Made by a program: the position numbers and the translations under genes. A stretch of 64,000 bases of DNA from Octopus vulgaris (taxonomy: Eukaryota). The notes beneath the pieces are model-generated. The model did no database searches, had not been told where the DNA came from, and saw only the letters and a list, made by a program, of their open reading frames with translations. The first letter of the stretch is position 1, and each line of letters opens with the position of its first letter. The stretch covers positions 1,674,001 to 1,738,000 of the forward strand of contig OX597835.1 in assembly GCA_951406725.2 (NCBI GenBank), in the 5' to 3' direction. Below are positions 26,546-39,215 of the stretch, in pieces.

Positions 26546-28057
26546 ATATATATATATATAAATATATATAAACATCTGTTATAGTGATATGTTAGAACCT
26601 ATTCCCTGGTATCATCATCATCATCATTTGATGTCCGTCTTCCATACTTGTATGGGTAGGAATGATGACAGGAGCCAGCCAGATAGAGAAACTACCCTAG
26701 GTTACTGTGTCTGTTTTGGTAGGGATTTTACAGCTGGATGCCCTTCCTAACACCAACCACATTACAGAGTGGACTGGATGCTTTTAATGTGGCACCAGCA
26801 CTGGCAGGGTCACTAAGTAACTCACAAGACAAAGACTTATGAGAGGGGAGGGGGGCATTTGTGGAGGGGAACTTGTGTCAGAGTATGAAAGGTTAGAATG
26901 TGACAAAGAGTCAGAGGTACAGAAGCAGGGGTCCTGCCACAACAGAGGGGGGCATTAGAGGAGGGTATTCAGTATCAAATGATGAAAGGTTAGAGTCTGA
27001 CAGAGAAATAGAGAGGCAGAAATAGGTGTCTTGCTATGGAGGAGGTTCATGGTTATCCAGTGAGAGAGAGAGAGAGAGAGAGTACAGAAAGGGGCCAGAA
27101 ACAAGTGTGCTGATGTAAAGAGATACAATATGTAGGGAAATGCATTGAGCACATATTCATTTTCACTGTTGTCCACAAAATCTGACCATCAGTTTCTGAG
27201 CTTAATCTAGAATATATTAAGCTCTAATATTTATGGTTATTTCCCTTGCTTAACCACGTCTCCTCAATCAGTTCATCCGTCTCATAATCCCCTTATGTCA
27301 AAGGATTGAATTGTGTTATCAACACCAAAGGCAAAGGTGAAATACAACAATGATTAACAGATTCATGTTCAAATCTGCTGTATCATATTGGTTTCAAATT
27401 TTAACACAAGGCCAGCAATGTTGGTGATGGGGGTAAGTTGATTACATTGACCTCAGTGCTCAAATGGTACTTATTTTGGGTTCAAAAGGATGAAAGGCAA
27501 AATCAATCTTGGTAGAATTTGAACTCAGACCATAAAGATGAACAAAATACCACTGAGTATTTTGCATGGTTGCTAAAGATTCTGCCAGCTTGTTGCCCCA
27601 ATGTGCTGTTTCGAATATCAAGAATCAATATCTACATTACCATTTTTATTTTTGTTGTTTTATGTACACAAGGTCATTTATCATCGTCCCCATCGTTTAA
27701 CATCCATTTTCCATGCCTGCATGGGCCAGATGGAGTTTTATTGTAGCAGATTTTCTGAGGCTGGATGCTCCTTCCCATCGCCAATCCATACCTGTTTCCA
27801 AACACACATATATATTGAAGGTCTTCTTTCAGTTTCTGTCTACCAAATCCATCCACAAATCTTTGGTTGGCCCAGAGCTATAAGCAGAAGACGCTTGCCC
27901 ATGTCGCCAAGTAGTGGGACTGAACCTAGACTCATGTGGTTGAGAGGCAAACTTCTTACAACACAATCACATTTGCATCTATCTATGTGTGTATGTATGT
28001 ATGTATGTATGTATGTATGTATATATCCGTGTGTGTGTGTGTGTGTGTGTATACACA

Positions 28058-29317
28058 CAGGGTGTCCCAAAATTAAGGCAACCAACTTTTTTTAATTTTG
28101 CCAAAGCAAAATATTGTTTTATTTCGGGTCTAAGCATTGCAATGGTAAAGGAAACCCAATTATTACACGACCACATTTATTGGATATGACCACTTCTGTT
28201 TTGAATCACAACTTTAAGTCTAGGTGCAAATGCTTCACACATGGCATGCAACCGTTCTTGCAGAATTGAAGCCCATTCCTGGGACAGTTTTGCTTTCAGA
28301 GTGTCGAGTGAAGCATGAGTTGTGCTTGAGACTCTTGTCTCCAAAATGGACCGTCAGAAAAATCCAACAGGTTGAGATCGGGGCTTCTTGAGGGCCATAT
28401 CTTGCCTATGAATGACGGAATGTTTTTCTGAATCCAGTGTTGTGTCTTTTTGGAACTGGGACGGTGCCTTGTCCTATTGGAGGCTCTGAGGTGTGCCTTG
28501 AAAGTGCTCATTCACCCATCGAAGCAGTTCAGCTTCCAGAATGTTGCTAATGTATCACTGGGTGTTAATTTTAACACCTGAGGGCACAAAAAAAAGGGGA
28601 GACCTTCCAGTGCCTGTCACAGCTGCCCAAACCATAACTGGCTGTAGATTTTGATGTCAGTTTACGAGTCTACCCTCGATGGAGCCAGATACACCCCAAA
28701 GTTGGTCATTCTGGTGGTTTACTGTCTGTTCAATGTCAAATTTCTTTTCATCAGTGAACCCCAGGTTGGGCAGCATACCTTCAGCAATCTGACGCAGGAG
28801 AAGACAACTTCTCTCCAGTCTCATGGCCTTATAAACTTGCATGAGCTTATGACAGCAGATCATCTTGTAAGGGTGGGTCCTGATATCCTCCTTCAGCACT
28901 TGATACACCGATGTCTGGCTTATTTTTGTTGTGGCAGCCAGTTTTCTGATAGAATGACGAGGATTTCGCTATGTCTTTTCTCTGGTACTTTTGATAAGCT
29001 GAGGTGTCTGTGCACTTGTTTTTCAGTTACGTCCAGTTCAATCACCAGTGAAACCCGTCTCTTGAAATTTCTTGACAGTTTTTCAGACTGTTGTTCTGTT
29101 AATCTTAAGCCTTTATTGCTAAAGCTGTTTTACTTTCACCTCCTTTGTGGAAGGTTATGATTATGTTTTACTCTATAGCCATTATCTAATTTATAAATCT
29201 GAATATATTTAGTCTGAAACAAAAAAAAGACACACTATGCTTCTATAATGATGTATAATTTTCATATCTTATCACATTTATTGATAGTTATTAAAGCCTT
29301 AATTTTGGAACATTTTG
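28058..29317 (-). mobile_element. maT (DD37D)-like mariner transposon, near full length, decayed
   Basis: TIRs CAGGGTGTCCCAAAATTAAGGC / GCCTTAATTTTGGAACATTTTG; minus-strand peptides LKEDIRTHPYK, FTDEKKFDIEQTVNHQND and WPSRSPDLNLLDFS. Confidence 0.9.
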
Positions 29318-29322
29318 TGTGT

Positions 29323-29376
<54 letters not shown>

Positions 29377-30379
29377 TGAGAGATGACGAGTAAGGTTTTA
29401 CTTTGTTTTGTTACTCAAGAAAACTGGAGAAAGCAGTGAGTTATGTGCCTTGCACTCAGTGCATTGTGTGATTAACATAAGATTTGAATTTATAAATCTT
29501 GTAGAACATTGAACAAAACACCTTGTAAATTTCAATTATGCTCAAAATCTTGCTGGAAGCCAACCTTTCCTTTCATCTTTATAAGGTCAATGAAGTATCA
29601 ATCAATTAGAAATCAATTTAATTGATTATTACTCCCTCCCCACAAATTTGAAACTTGTTAGATTTCGTTATTATGAAATAACTATTACAACTGTTGTCGC
29701 TGTGCATCATATTTCACCGATACACCTCCCGATAGAAGCCTAAACTTAGTGACCTTCACTGGGGCCTGTAGAAGGGGTGTTCAGTCAGTACATTAATCTT
29801 GTATCCTAGAGAACTATGGAGGAGCCCATGGCTACATTGCTCCCGAAAAAAGAGGAACAAAAAAAAATTCAGTCCTTTGAATTTTGCAAGGGCCCTCCCA
29901 CTCCCAGGGTCTGAAAGTAAGTCTTGTTCTACTTTGCCAAATTTCTCTTTGAGGTCACTTACTATCAAGTTGGAAAAATTCAAGATACATAACATCTTTA
30001 TGGTGTTATTTCTCTCAGATCCAGCTAAAAACTTTGTTGGGACCAGGCCATTTGAAGTTATTTAAATGGCCCAATCCATGGTTCTGTACATCTTGGTCAA
30101 CTTGTTTCTAATTAGGCACCAACCCAATTTGAAGTTATTCAACTTAAAAATTGATAAAACCTCTGATCATTCTCTTTAGACATGATGGGTGTTCTGTAGC
30201 TAAGAGGACACTAACACTAAACATTCTGCCAAAAAAAGAAAAAATGGTGCTATTGGGACAACCCCAACAAAGGAGCAGCACTTTGAAGGTGTTCATCAGA
30301 AATTACTTAAATATCTTATTCTGCTTGACCAGAGAATTGTTAATTAACTCATCTCTTCCTCTATTACTTTAAATCATCT

Positions 30380-31700
30380 GCAGCCTCTACAATCTACTTC
30401 CTTCCACAAATCCACACACCCCGACAAGTTAGCATGCTCTGTTGTCCCCGTCAGTAGTGACCCCACTGAGCTGCTTTCTAATTATTTGATTAATTTATAT
30501 TGTCATCTCTTGTTGATGCACCCCCCCCCACTATCCTATATAATCAACACTAACCAGACGCTCGATAGTTTTACTTTTTAATTCCTTACTGAACCCTTCC
30601 AATGTCATCTGCAGTGGTGGCTCTCAACCACTTTGTTGCTATGAACTCCTTTGGTTCCCATTTCACTCAGAAGGGAGACCACAGAGCCAGTCAATGCCCC
30701 AAAAGATCCTATTATATTTTTATAATTAAATATTATTAGGAATTGTATAAAAAAAATTTTAATATTTTAAGTATTGTAGAAGAAAAACCAGATAATTTTA
30801 ACAAAATCTTATGTGGATCCCCAAGGGCCATATGGACCCCAGTTGAAAAACCACTGGTCATCTGCAACAACGATGCCTGGTCAGCACTACTTCTTTTTAC
30901 TACTGGTCCATACTTGAAACCAGTTCCACTGCTCTTCTTCATATCACTTTAAATTGCTTTTCCATTTCTGGTGAGTTTTACTAATTAACAGAATTGATTA
31001 TTATTCTCATCCCACTAGATTCCCTCTCTTTTCTCATAATTTCTTTAACTTCTGTTATGTAGTTGATGCTCAGACTTCAACTTCAAAGTTCAAGAAATAC
31101 ACTTCTTTCCACATAACTATCCTAGTTAAGTTGGAGATGCTGTGTCTCAACGAAACTGAGCTGTCAACAGAATTATTGCATTCTTGACATCCATACATAT
31201 ACCAACACTCTGAATTCCTTTCTCTAACTACCCTAACCTTTTACTAGGCACTGTCTTTCTCAACTTCTGCTTTTTACTTCCTAACTCTGAAACCAAACGT
31301 TCTTTCCAAAACTTCACTTCACCTACTTCAAAAGAGTCAAAAATCTACTTGATCTTTTAGCCAGGGTCCCTTTTGTTTCCAACCCTATCCTGCTCATAAT
31401 CTCACCGTAGTACCTTATCCGTCCCTTTTATCTCCTACATCACAAATCATAATGTCTCAAAATCCCGGTTTCACGTCATTGACAACATTCAACTCCATCA
31501 CTACCGACTTCATTTACTACGCCACAAGCCCTATAATACTCCCTAGTAATAGATGCAATAGCGTTGTCTGGGTGCCATATTGTCAACATTTCCAAAGAGA
31601 CGTTGACAGTAAGCCCATCTGCAGACCCGTGCTTTAGTATTCCAGTTCGTCGTGCTTACTCTGCAGAGTAGCCACCTACTTGTGGTATCACCTCTAACCA
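30380..31700 (+). mobile_element. Highly decayed Penelope-like element (RT and GIY-YIG remnants)
   Basis: Reads IYFLPQIHTPD...SDPTELLSNYL (cf. FYLLPKIHKP..RPIVS..CPTE.IS.YLD) and TFNSITTDFIYY (cf. F.C.S.N.IY); interrupted by a MITE. Confidence 0.55.
30612..30856. mobile_element. hAT-type MITE with perfect 8-bp target-site duplication
   Basis: TIRs CAGTGGT..CTCAAC / GTTGAAAAACCACTG; identical GTCATCTG at 30604-30611 and 30857-30864. Confidence 0.9.
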
Positions 31701-32586
31701 CAGTTCTTCTCACACTCACAAACACAAGTATGTCATCTTTTGTACCTGGATAAAAAGTTTCCTTTGACCTAAAACTCGCCCTTCTCCTCAACCCTTTTGA
31801 AGCCCCGCTGTTGGTTTGTTACCCTCAAGCGTTTGTTTGCCTGTCTACATGTGAATGCACTTACATAAGTTTCTATGTAATTTTTTTGTTAATCATCGTA
31901 CACCCACGTTGTTCTTTCTTTTAAAAATAAAGCATTTAAACCTACAGTCCTCCTCTCTCTATTTTCGTCTTATTTTTTTCCTTCCTTTCTCTAACCATCT
32001 TTTCATCAATTGTCTGCGTGCTTTTGGCATGTGGTATGTGTGTATGGACTGTGCATATATATATATATTAATGTGTCATTGGCTGTGCCTTTTACCAACG
32101 TTAACTACTTACTAGTTCATAATCCCTTTAACTATTCATTCTCTCTTCACACGTACGTGTATATATATATATATACACATGTGCGTGTGGTGTATAGATG
32201 AAAATCTGATACATCATTTCACGTTCCTCCTCCTCCTCCTATTATTTTCTGCCTAGTTACTTAGGTCATTGACCGACCACATGCTTAATGTATGGTTATC
32301 TCCCCTTCCTCCAACTCTCTCTCCTCTCTCCTTTCTTCTCCTTCCACTCCTCCTCCTCCTCCTCCCTCGTTTTGCAGCTTTCTCACAAACTCCATCTCAT
32401 TACGTTCTCGTCGTAGTTTCGCATCTTTTTTTTCCCCCCTTCTGCTACAGTTTGGACTTGTCTGTTTCAAAAAACAACACCTTGTCACCTTTATGTGTGG
32501 GTGTACACACACATATATTTTTATCTTTTACTTGTTTCAGTAATTCGACTGCGGCGATGCTGGGGCATCGCCCTGAAGAATTTGTC

Positions 32587-32660
<74 letters not shown>

Positions 32661-32666
<6 letters not shown>

Positions 32667-32870
32667 TTTATTTAAAAGCAGCAGAAATTCAACAAAACCT
32701 GTTACTCTGAGTTTCACGTTCCCGTTCGTCGTGTCCGATGAACGGGAACGTGAAACTCAGAGTAACAGGTTTTGTTAAATTTCTGCTGCTTTTAAATAAA
32801 GCATATTACTCTACCCCTGGTATTTGAGTACTCTTTTTTCCACATTGTTTCACATTTATGTGTTTACTCC

Positions 32871-32872
<2 letters not shown>
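32661..32872. mobile_element. Palindromic Penelope-like terminal repeat (pLTR) fragment in a (TA)n tract
   Basis: 71-bp inverted arms 32661-32731 and 32736-32806; related reversed copy at 34596-34790; (TA)n on both sides. Confidence 0.65.
32732..32767 (+). ncRNA. Minimal type I hammerhead-ribozyme-like motif (U4C variant)
   Basis: TGT-CCGATGA-ACG(GGAA)CGT-GAAA-CTC(A)GAG-TA^ACA: short stems I, II and III flank a C(U>C)GAUGA/GAAA core with a GUA cleavage triplet. Confidence 0.5.
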
Positions 32873-32916
<44 letters not shown>

Positions 32917-32919
<3 letters not shown>

Positions 32920-33128
32920 TAAAAATGGGAAAGGCTGATTTATGGGATTACCTTAAGTTTCTCGTCCATAAAGAGGTTTAGCTTTATGGTGTTGGCCCAT
33001 GACCTTATTTTTAGGAGGTCATGGGCCAACATGTTTTTAGGATCTGACGATACACCATATAAGCTAAATCCTTTATGGACGGGAAACCTAAGGTATTTCC
33101 AAAAACCGGCTTTCCCCCCTTTTTAATA
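32917..33128. mobile_element. Fold-back MITE (long imperfect inverted repeat)
   Basis: Left GGGAAAGGCTG...TACCTTAAGTTTCTCGTCCATAAAG...TGTTGGCCCATGACCT pairs with right AGGTCATGGGCCAACA...CTTTATGGACGGGAAACCTAAGGTA...GGCTTTCCC. Confidence 0.8.
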
Positions 33129-35192
33129 TATCCTGCTCTACATCTTAGAGTGTGCTTCTCCAGATTTACGTTTTCTACAAACGAGACACACACACACCAT
33201 AAGCGTATCTGTGAATGTGTGTGTGTGTGTGTATTCATTCCTTTATTTTATTTGTTTTATTAGATTACAGCCATGCTGGGGCACCACCTTGAATTTTTAG
33301 CCGAGTGAATCGACCCCAGTACTTTTTTTAAAACCTGGTACTTATTCTATCGAACTCTTATGCCAAACCGCTAAGTTACGGGTACATAAACACACCAACA
33401 CCGATTGCCCGAGTTTATAGTAGAAGACACTCACACACATGCACGTAGAGAAAGCTATGGGCTTGAGAAGTGTACTGCCTTGTGACACTTTAGGAAAAGG
33501 GCCTTCTAGCACAGCCTTAGGTTGGATAATGTCTTGTACATGAAACTTAAATTTGGTACACAGAAACTGTGGAAGGCTATCGTGTGTGTACACATCTGTA
33601 AGTATATGGATGTGTGTGTATAATATAGGTAGAGTAAAATCAAGCTGTGATCTCTTGAAGCACATCTGCTTATTCCATTATTACAATCCTGGATGTAGTT
33701 GGTGTCGTATTGATGTGAGGTACATATTAAAGTTGAAAATTCTGGAAATAATCTCTCTCTCTCCATATATATATATATATATATATCAAAAGGATGTGTT
33801 ATAATACTATTCCACATCCCTACCAACAATCCAATAATGCTAATCCACATATACAAAAAGAGCCATATCAACATTCCAACTACCTCCCATCATCAGCTGC
33901 CCCACGGGTATAATTATGGTTTCGACACCTGGGCAGTACCATTCAATCCGGCGGTGTCAGCAGCACTAAAATAAGTGTTGTCTGGGAACAAACAAACCAA
34001 AGAAACCACAACTTTCAAGCACATTTATCCGATCCACAACCGTATCGATAAATAAATTCCATAAGTAAATTACAACCACTCCTTAATACGTAACTAAACA
34101 GCGATGACTCTATTAAGTCATAAACAATTATAATCCCTACCGTCTTTCATAGTGTAATATAAATGTAAAGCTTAATAACCACATTATTTCAATCAATCAA
34201 TACGTAGGCAGGATTAAGCACTAACTTTACTAACAAGAGACATTTAAACCAATGTACATTGTATCAGTATTAATTGTAAACTGCAATTACTAAATTATAT
34301 GCTAAATTGCGATCCATCTTTAAGTCCATATAAATAATAATCCCACCGGTCTTCCATAGATGCCACTATAATGAAAGTTCAAACGTTATAAAATTATTTC
34401 CTAACAAAACACGATTGGAATTAATTTCATATTTTTATGAGCGAAATACATTATTTCATCATTAAAAAGTTAATAATAAAACACTGCATACTCTTTAATA
34501 TATCACCACTACAAGTTATAATATTAAATTACCAGTGACTAATATACACTTGAATTTCATTAAATAGGAACTAATAAAAGTACTTCTAATAAACTAAAAC
34601 ATATAAATGTGAAACAAGATGGGAAAAAATAGTACTCGAATACTGGAGGTAGAGTAATATGTTTTATTATTAAAACTGCAAAAACATCACAAAATATCAC
34701 CAAAAAACTGCTACTCAGAGTTTCACGTTCCTGTGAAACTAACAGATTTTGGTGATTTTTTTACAACTTTAATAATAATAAAGTATGTACGTCTGTATCT
34801 ATGTATGTGTGTGTGTGATGATGATGATATATATATATATATATATAAAATGCTGAAAAGAAAACTCAAACGGCGTTTCAACTCTATGTATTTGGTATTT
34901 ACTTACCAGCTCTTGTATTTAGTCACGGCCAGCTTTATGTGGCCTTAAGTCAGACAAGAAAGAAGGAAAACTTGAAAATTCTTTTGAAGGAAAGAAGCAG
35001 GATGTTAGTTGCAGATAGAATTTTCACAAAAAATTTAGTAATAAAAGAATTATTTAATCAAAATCTTGGTTTTGTACCTTATTTATATATAAATTACTAC
35101 AATTAGCCATCATTTTTAATGGCACGGGGCCCAGCTTGTATATATATAAAATACACTTTAATTGAAATACAGTTTCCCCAAAATTAAACATA

Positions 35193-35530
35193 TCTAATAT
35201 AATAAATGTGAGTGTCAGTGTGTCACACTTTTCCAACTTTACACCCAGAGGCCGTAGCCCAACATATCTTACCACTTTGGAATCAGGGTAATTCCTATGT
35301 TTTCATTCGTGTGATTTTTGCAACAATTTTTTATTACATGATTTTTAGTGATGAATATGATGATGATGATGATCATCATCATCATTGGGATATGACTCTG
35401 GAGGAAGTAATTGCAACAAATTCTCCGAAACAAGCCAGGGATCTGTTTGCAGATCTTCCCATTTGGTGTCAGTTGCTTAAAAGCTAAATACTAGCTTAAA
35501 AGCCAGCCTATTGGGCAGTTTTTAAGTTAG
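35193..35530 (+). mobile_element. Non-autonomous Helitron with RepHel fragment
   Basis: A|TC 5' start (TCTAATATAATAAATGTG), 3' subterminal GC-rich hairpin-like segment and TTAG|T end (CTAG variant); internal peptide WDMTLEEVIATNSPKQARDLFA..IWCQ resembles Helitron RepHel W..TL.EA....SP.QLR.LFA.IL..C. Confidence 0.7.
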
Positions 35531-35559
35531 TACGTATATATATATATGTGAATGATGGC

Positions 35560-35950
35560 TGTCCACTTGTGACCAAGGAAGACCATTACTGACCTTTAGG
35601 AACATTGTATGCTCTAGGATTAACTCATGTTTCGCATTTGTGGCTCCATTAGTGGGTAATGAGCCCTGCTATTGACAAACACACACAACTGCAAACATTG
35701 CAAGCCAAGCGTTCCCCACTCATTGCACTTGCAAGCAGCATGCTTAAATTCTTCTATAACCTGTTTCCTCCATCTGTGGCGATGACAGGCACTGCTCTCC
35801 CAGTCGGTCTCCTGCATATCACAGGCCTTTATGAGGACTTGACACAGTCCTTAAATCACAGCCTTGGTTTCTGTGGGGGGTCTCTTTCCACTAACAAGTT
35901 CCCCATATAACATGTCCAGTCCAACATAACCGGTGCTTGTGCACCATCGC
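35560..35950 (-). mobile_element. RTE-like LINE 3' fragment
   Basis: Minus-strand MLYGELVSGKRPPQKPRL*FKDCVK...DWESSACHRHRWRK, then a C..C/H zinc-finger-like remnant. Confidence 0.75.
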
Positions 35951-35972
35951 ATCAATACTCAAGATATAACAT

Positions 35973-36039
<67 letters not shown>

Positions 36040-36044
<5 letters not shown>

Positions 36045-36418
36045 CAGTATCACCTGGCGTTGCTCAGGTTTGTTTCGACCCTTTAGAATTGGAATTTCTG
36101 AAAAGTAAAAATTTTGCATTATGTAGCTTGTTATTCTCTTTAAGTGAGCATTTTTCTGGTTGAAATACACGAAAAAATGGTGACACAGCAGTAAAAAAAT
36201 CGTAAAAAATAGGGATTTTCATAGAAAAAAAGCTCCTTTTTGATGTAAATAATTTTTGGTGTTAACATGGTCCGATTTGAATATTTTCTTCTGCGGAGTG
36301 AAGAGCAAGCCTTCTTCTATCATACTCTCAATTTTGGTCAACTTGCGCTGCAGGGTCTCAGAGAAGATAGTGTTAGTTGAAGGCTACCAAACCTGCCATA
36401 CACAGACAACTTCAGCTT

Positions 36419-36430
<12 letters not shown>
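36040..36430 (+). mobile_element. Helitron/Helentron-associated non-autonomous element (Lep1/HINE-like)
   Basis: End stem-loop TAGCAGTATCACCTGGCGTTGCTCAGG and opposite end ACAGACAACTTCAGCTTTATATATA, an architecture typical of these elements. Confidence 0.55.
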
Positions 36431-36449
<19 letters not shown>

Positions 36450-37689
36450 ATGTATGTATATATATGTATATATATGTATATATTTATGTGTGTGTCTGTG
36501 TCTGTGTTTCTTGCCCCACCATTGCTTGTCAACTGATGCTGATGTGTTTATGTCCCCATAACTTAGCAGTTCAGCAAAAGAGACTGATAGAATTAGTACC
36601 AGGTTTTAAAAAGAATTAGTTCTGGGATTGATTTCTTCAACTAAAACCCCTTAAGGCCATGCTACAGCATGGCTGCAGTCAAATGAGTGAAACATGTAAA
36701 AGTATAAAAGAATTTATTGTTGCCCTTTTTTATGTAACTGCTTTGCCGCCATGCTTCCGTGGCCCCAGCGGGATTTTTCTGAGGCAGATTTTCGTCTCCT
36801 GGCTGCCCTTTTTACTGTCAATCCTCAGTATTGGCCATGGGCTTCTTTCAGTTTCCATCTTTCAAATCCTCTCACACAACTTTGATTGGGTCCAGCTCTA
36901 CATTAGAAAATACTTGCTCCTAAGGGCCATGCAAGTGGGACTGAATCCGAAACCATGGAGTTGGGAAGCAAACTTCATAAGGGTGCAGCCATGCTTTCAC
37001 CTTCTCACTCTGTCTTTTGTTCTCTGTATTTGTATGTTTATACAGATGTGTGTGTGTGTGTGTATGTATGTCTGTCTGTGTTTGTATTTCTTTGTAAGAT
37101 TCAAGTTCATAGAAGGGAGATAACTTTGCTCAGCTAATTCATTTGATAAACATAGTTCAATAAAATTAGTACAAGTGTAATTAGTAGGGTTTATATAATT
37201 GATTAAGACCCATTAAACTGGTGCTCCAGCAAGGCTGCACTCTTATGACTGAAACCGATAAATGAATAAAGGAATTTATGTCTGTGTATATCAGTGCAGA
37301 TTAAAATGTTTGCTTCACAATCTTGTAGTTCTATGTTTGATTCCATTACGAGGGCAGCACCTCAGGTTGTCTTTAACCGTCTCTCTTGAATTAACCAGTA
37401 ACTTATAAGTGAAATTTGGTGGACAGAAATTTTGCTAGCGTCAAAGACTCGAATTGCTGAGGCATGGAATAAACTCCTCACATCAGTTGTTAGCTGTTAG
37501 GGCACTCCAGCCTTCCAGAAATTCGCCAACTCTACATCTGATGTTCCTTTTTGTTTTTTTCTTTAGCATGACTCCTTTACTGTTCGTTTCCCGCTTTTTT
37601 GTGCATCATTTTATGCACTGCACATACACTTTTGGCTACCTTTTCTGATGAGTTGTAGTGCACCTGAGTACTGTACATAATAAAAGGGT

Positions 37690-38020
37690 ATAGACTCCCT
37701 TCAGTCCCAAATGTCCATGGGATAGCACCTAGAAAATTTCCCTTTGAAGCACAAATCTGGGCAAGGTTGTTTCATGGAAGACCAGCAGTCATCCATGCAT
37801 ACCAGTCTCCCCTCTCCGTGCCACTGATTTTATCCAAGGGAAAGACAAAGGGGCCGATACACCTTGGCACCAGTCATCTCATAACTCATTTCTACAGCTG
37901 AGTGAACTGAGGCAGCATGAAATAAAGTGTCTTACTCAATAACACATCACATACAGGAATCGAACTCGCTACCTCACAATTGTAAGCCCGATGCTCTAAC
38001 CACTGAGCCATGCACCTTCA
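37690..38020 (-). mobile_element. tRNA-headed SINE (family D), near full length
   Basis: Minus strand TGGCTCAGTGGTTAGAGCATCGGGCTTACAA...GAGTTCGATTCC (good A and B boxes), then CAGTTCACTCAGCTGTAGAAATGAG. Confidence 0.8.
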
Positions 38021-38997
38021 CTGTAATAGGATGAGTTCATTATATATGTGTGCATGTGTTTGTGAAGAAAAGGCAAGAATCTTCTAACCTTTGAGACACT
38101 TGTTACCATTTTCATGTTCAACATTATAGAATTTGGAACATTATTAAACTAGCTGGAAGTCTCAAACTCAGCCAAGTTCATGAAGCAGGTAGAGACTTGT
38201 AAGAATCTAAGAACATGAGGAATGTATTAGAAGATGGTTTGTAGAGATTTGTTAAGGAATGGTAGGTTTGATGGTATTACGCTCCTCTCTACTGTTGTTG
38301 CAAGTGCAGAGTACCATAACAATTCTCCATCACTGACAACTTACAACAGCATCTAATCTGTTCTGACATCAGGTAAATGAGGCAGGGAATATTTTCTACC
38401 TTGCTCATTGCAGAGATGTGCACCTATGATAAGAGAGAGAGAGAGAGAGAGTGAGTGTGTGTGTGTGTGTGTGCATATAACAAAAGAAATAGGAAACATC
38501 TTTGAACTAATTAGCTACTATTTTATTTATTTTCACCTGTAGTTCAATGTACTGCAGTGCACTGGTGCATTGTAAAGGATATTTAGGTGCACCACAGATT
38601 TTAAAAAAATGTAATTTAAGGCTTTAGAAATTCTATCTTAATGTCTGGGTACAATTTACGATTCTCTCATACAACATGGTTAATAAAACAAAGCAGGCAG
38701 TAATTGTTTTTTATATTTTTTCTAAAATTTAACTTTAAAACATTTTCTTTTTAATTTTCCATGCAAGGTATACCAGTCATTATTTAATCTCCAGGGTACC
38801 AGAATATTTAAGTTCAACTGCATTTTTTTCTACTTGATCTTCAGGGTGCCACAAAGTCAAATAGACTGTGAGCCACCTGTTTAGACTTTGTTTTTGTTGT
38901 GTAGCCCCAGGCCATCTCCAAATAGGCAGGCTTGTGTGTAAAGGTGTTCCCTCCACAAGTAGCCCTTATAACACACTTTTCTATCACTCTCCCCTCT

Positions 38998-39215
38998 TAT
39001 TGGTTTCAAATTTTTGGCACAGGGTCAGTAATTTTGGGGCAGGATTAAGTCGATGGCATCAACCCCAGTGTCCAACTGGTACTTATTTTATTGACTCCAA
39101 AAAGATGAAAGGCAAAGTTGACCTCAGCGGAATTTGAACTCAGAACGTAAAGACGGACAAAATGCCAGCAAGCATCTTGCTTGGTGTGCTCACAATTCTA
39201 CCAGCTCGCTGCCTT
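38998..39215 (-). mobile_element. Family B SINE, full length
   Basis: Reverse complement of the 20507-20724 consensus, including GCCTTTCATCTTTTTGGAGTCAATAAAATAAGTACCAG. Confidence 0.8.

Noticed and set aside
28651-29160. 169-aa + strand ORF
   Set aside because: Antisense shadow of the minus-strand mariner transposase.
38535-38580. miR-33-like sequence (CAATGTACTGCAGTGCAC / GTGCATTGTA)
   Set aside because: Arms are in the wrong order with multiple mismatches; the context looks like a decayed hAT MITE (to ~38880).
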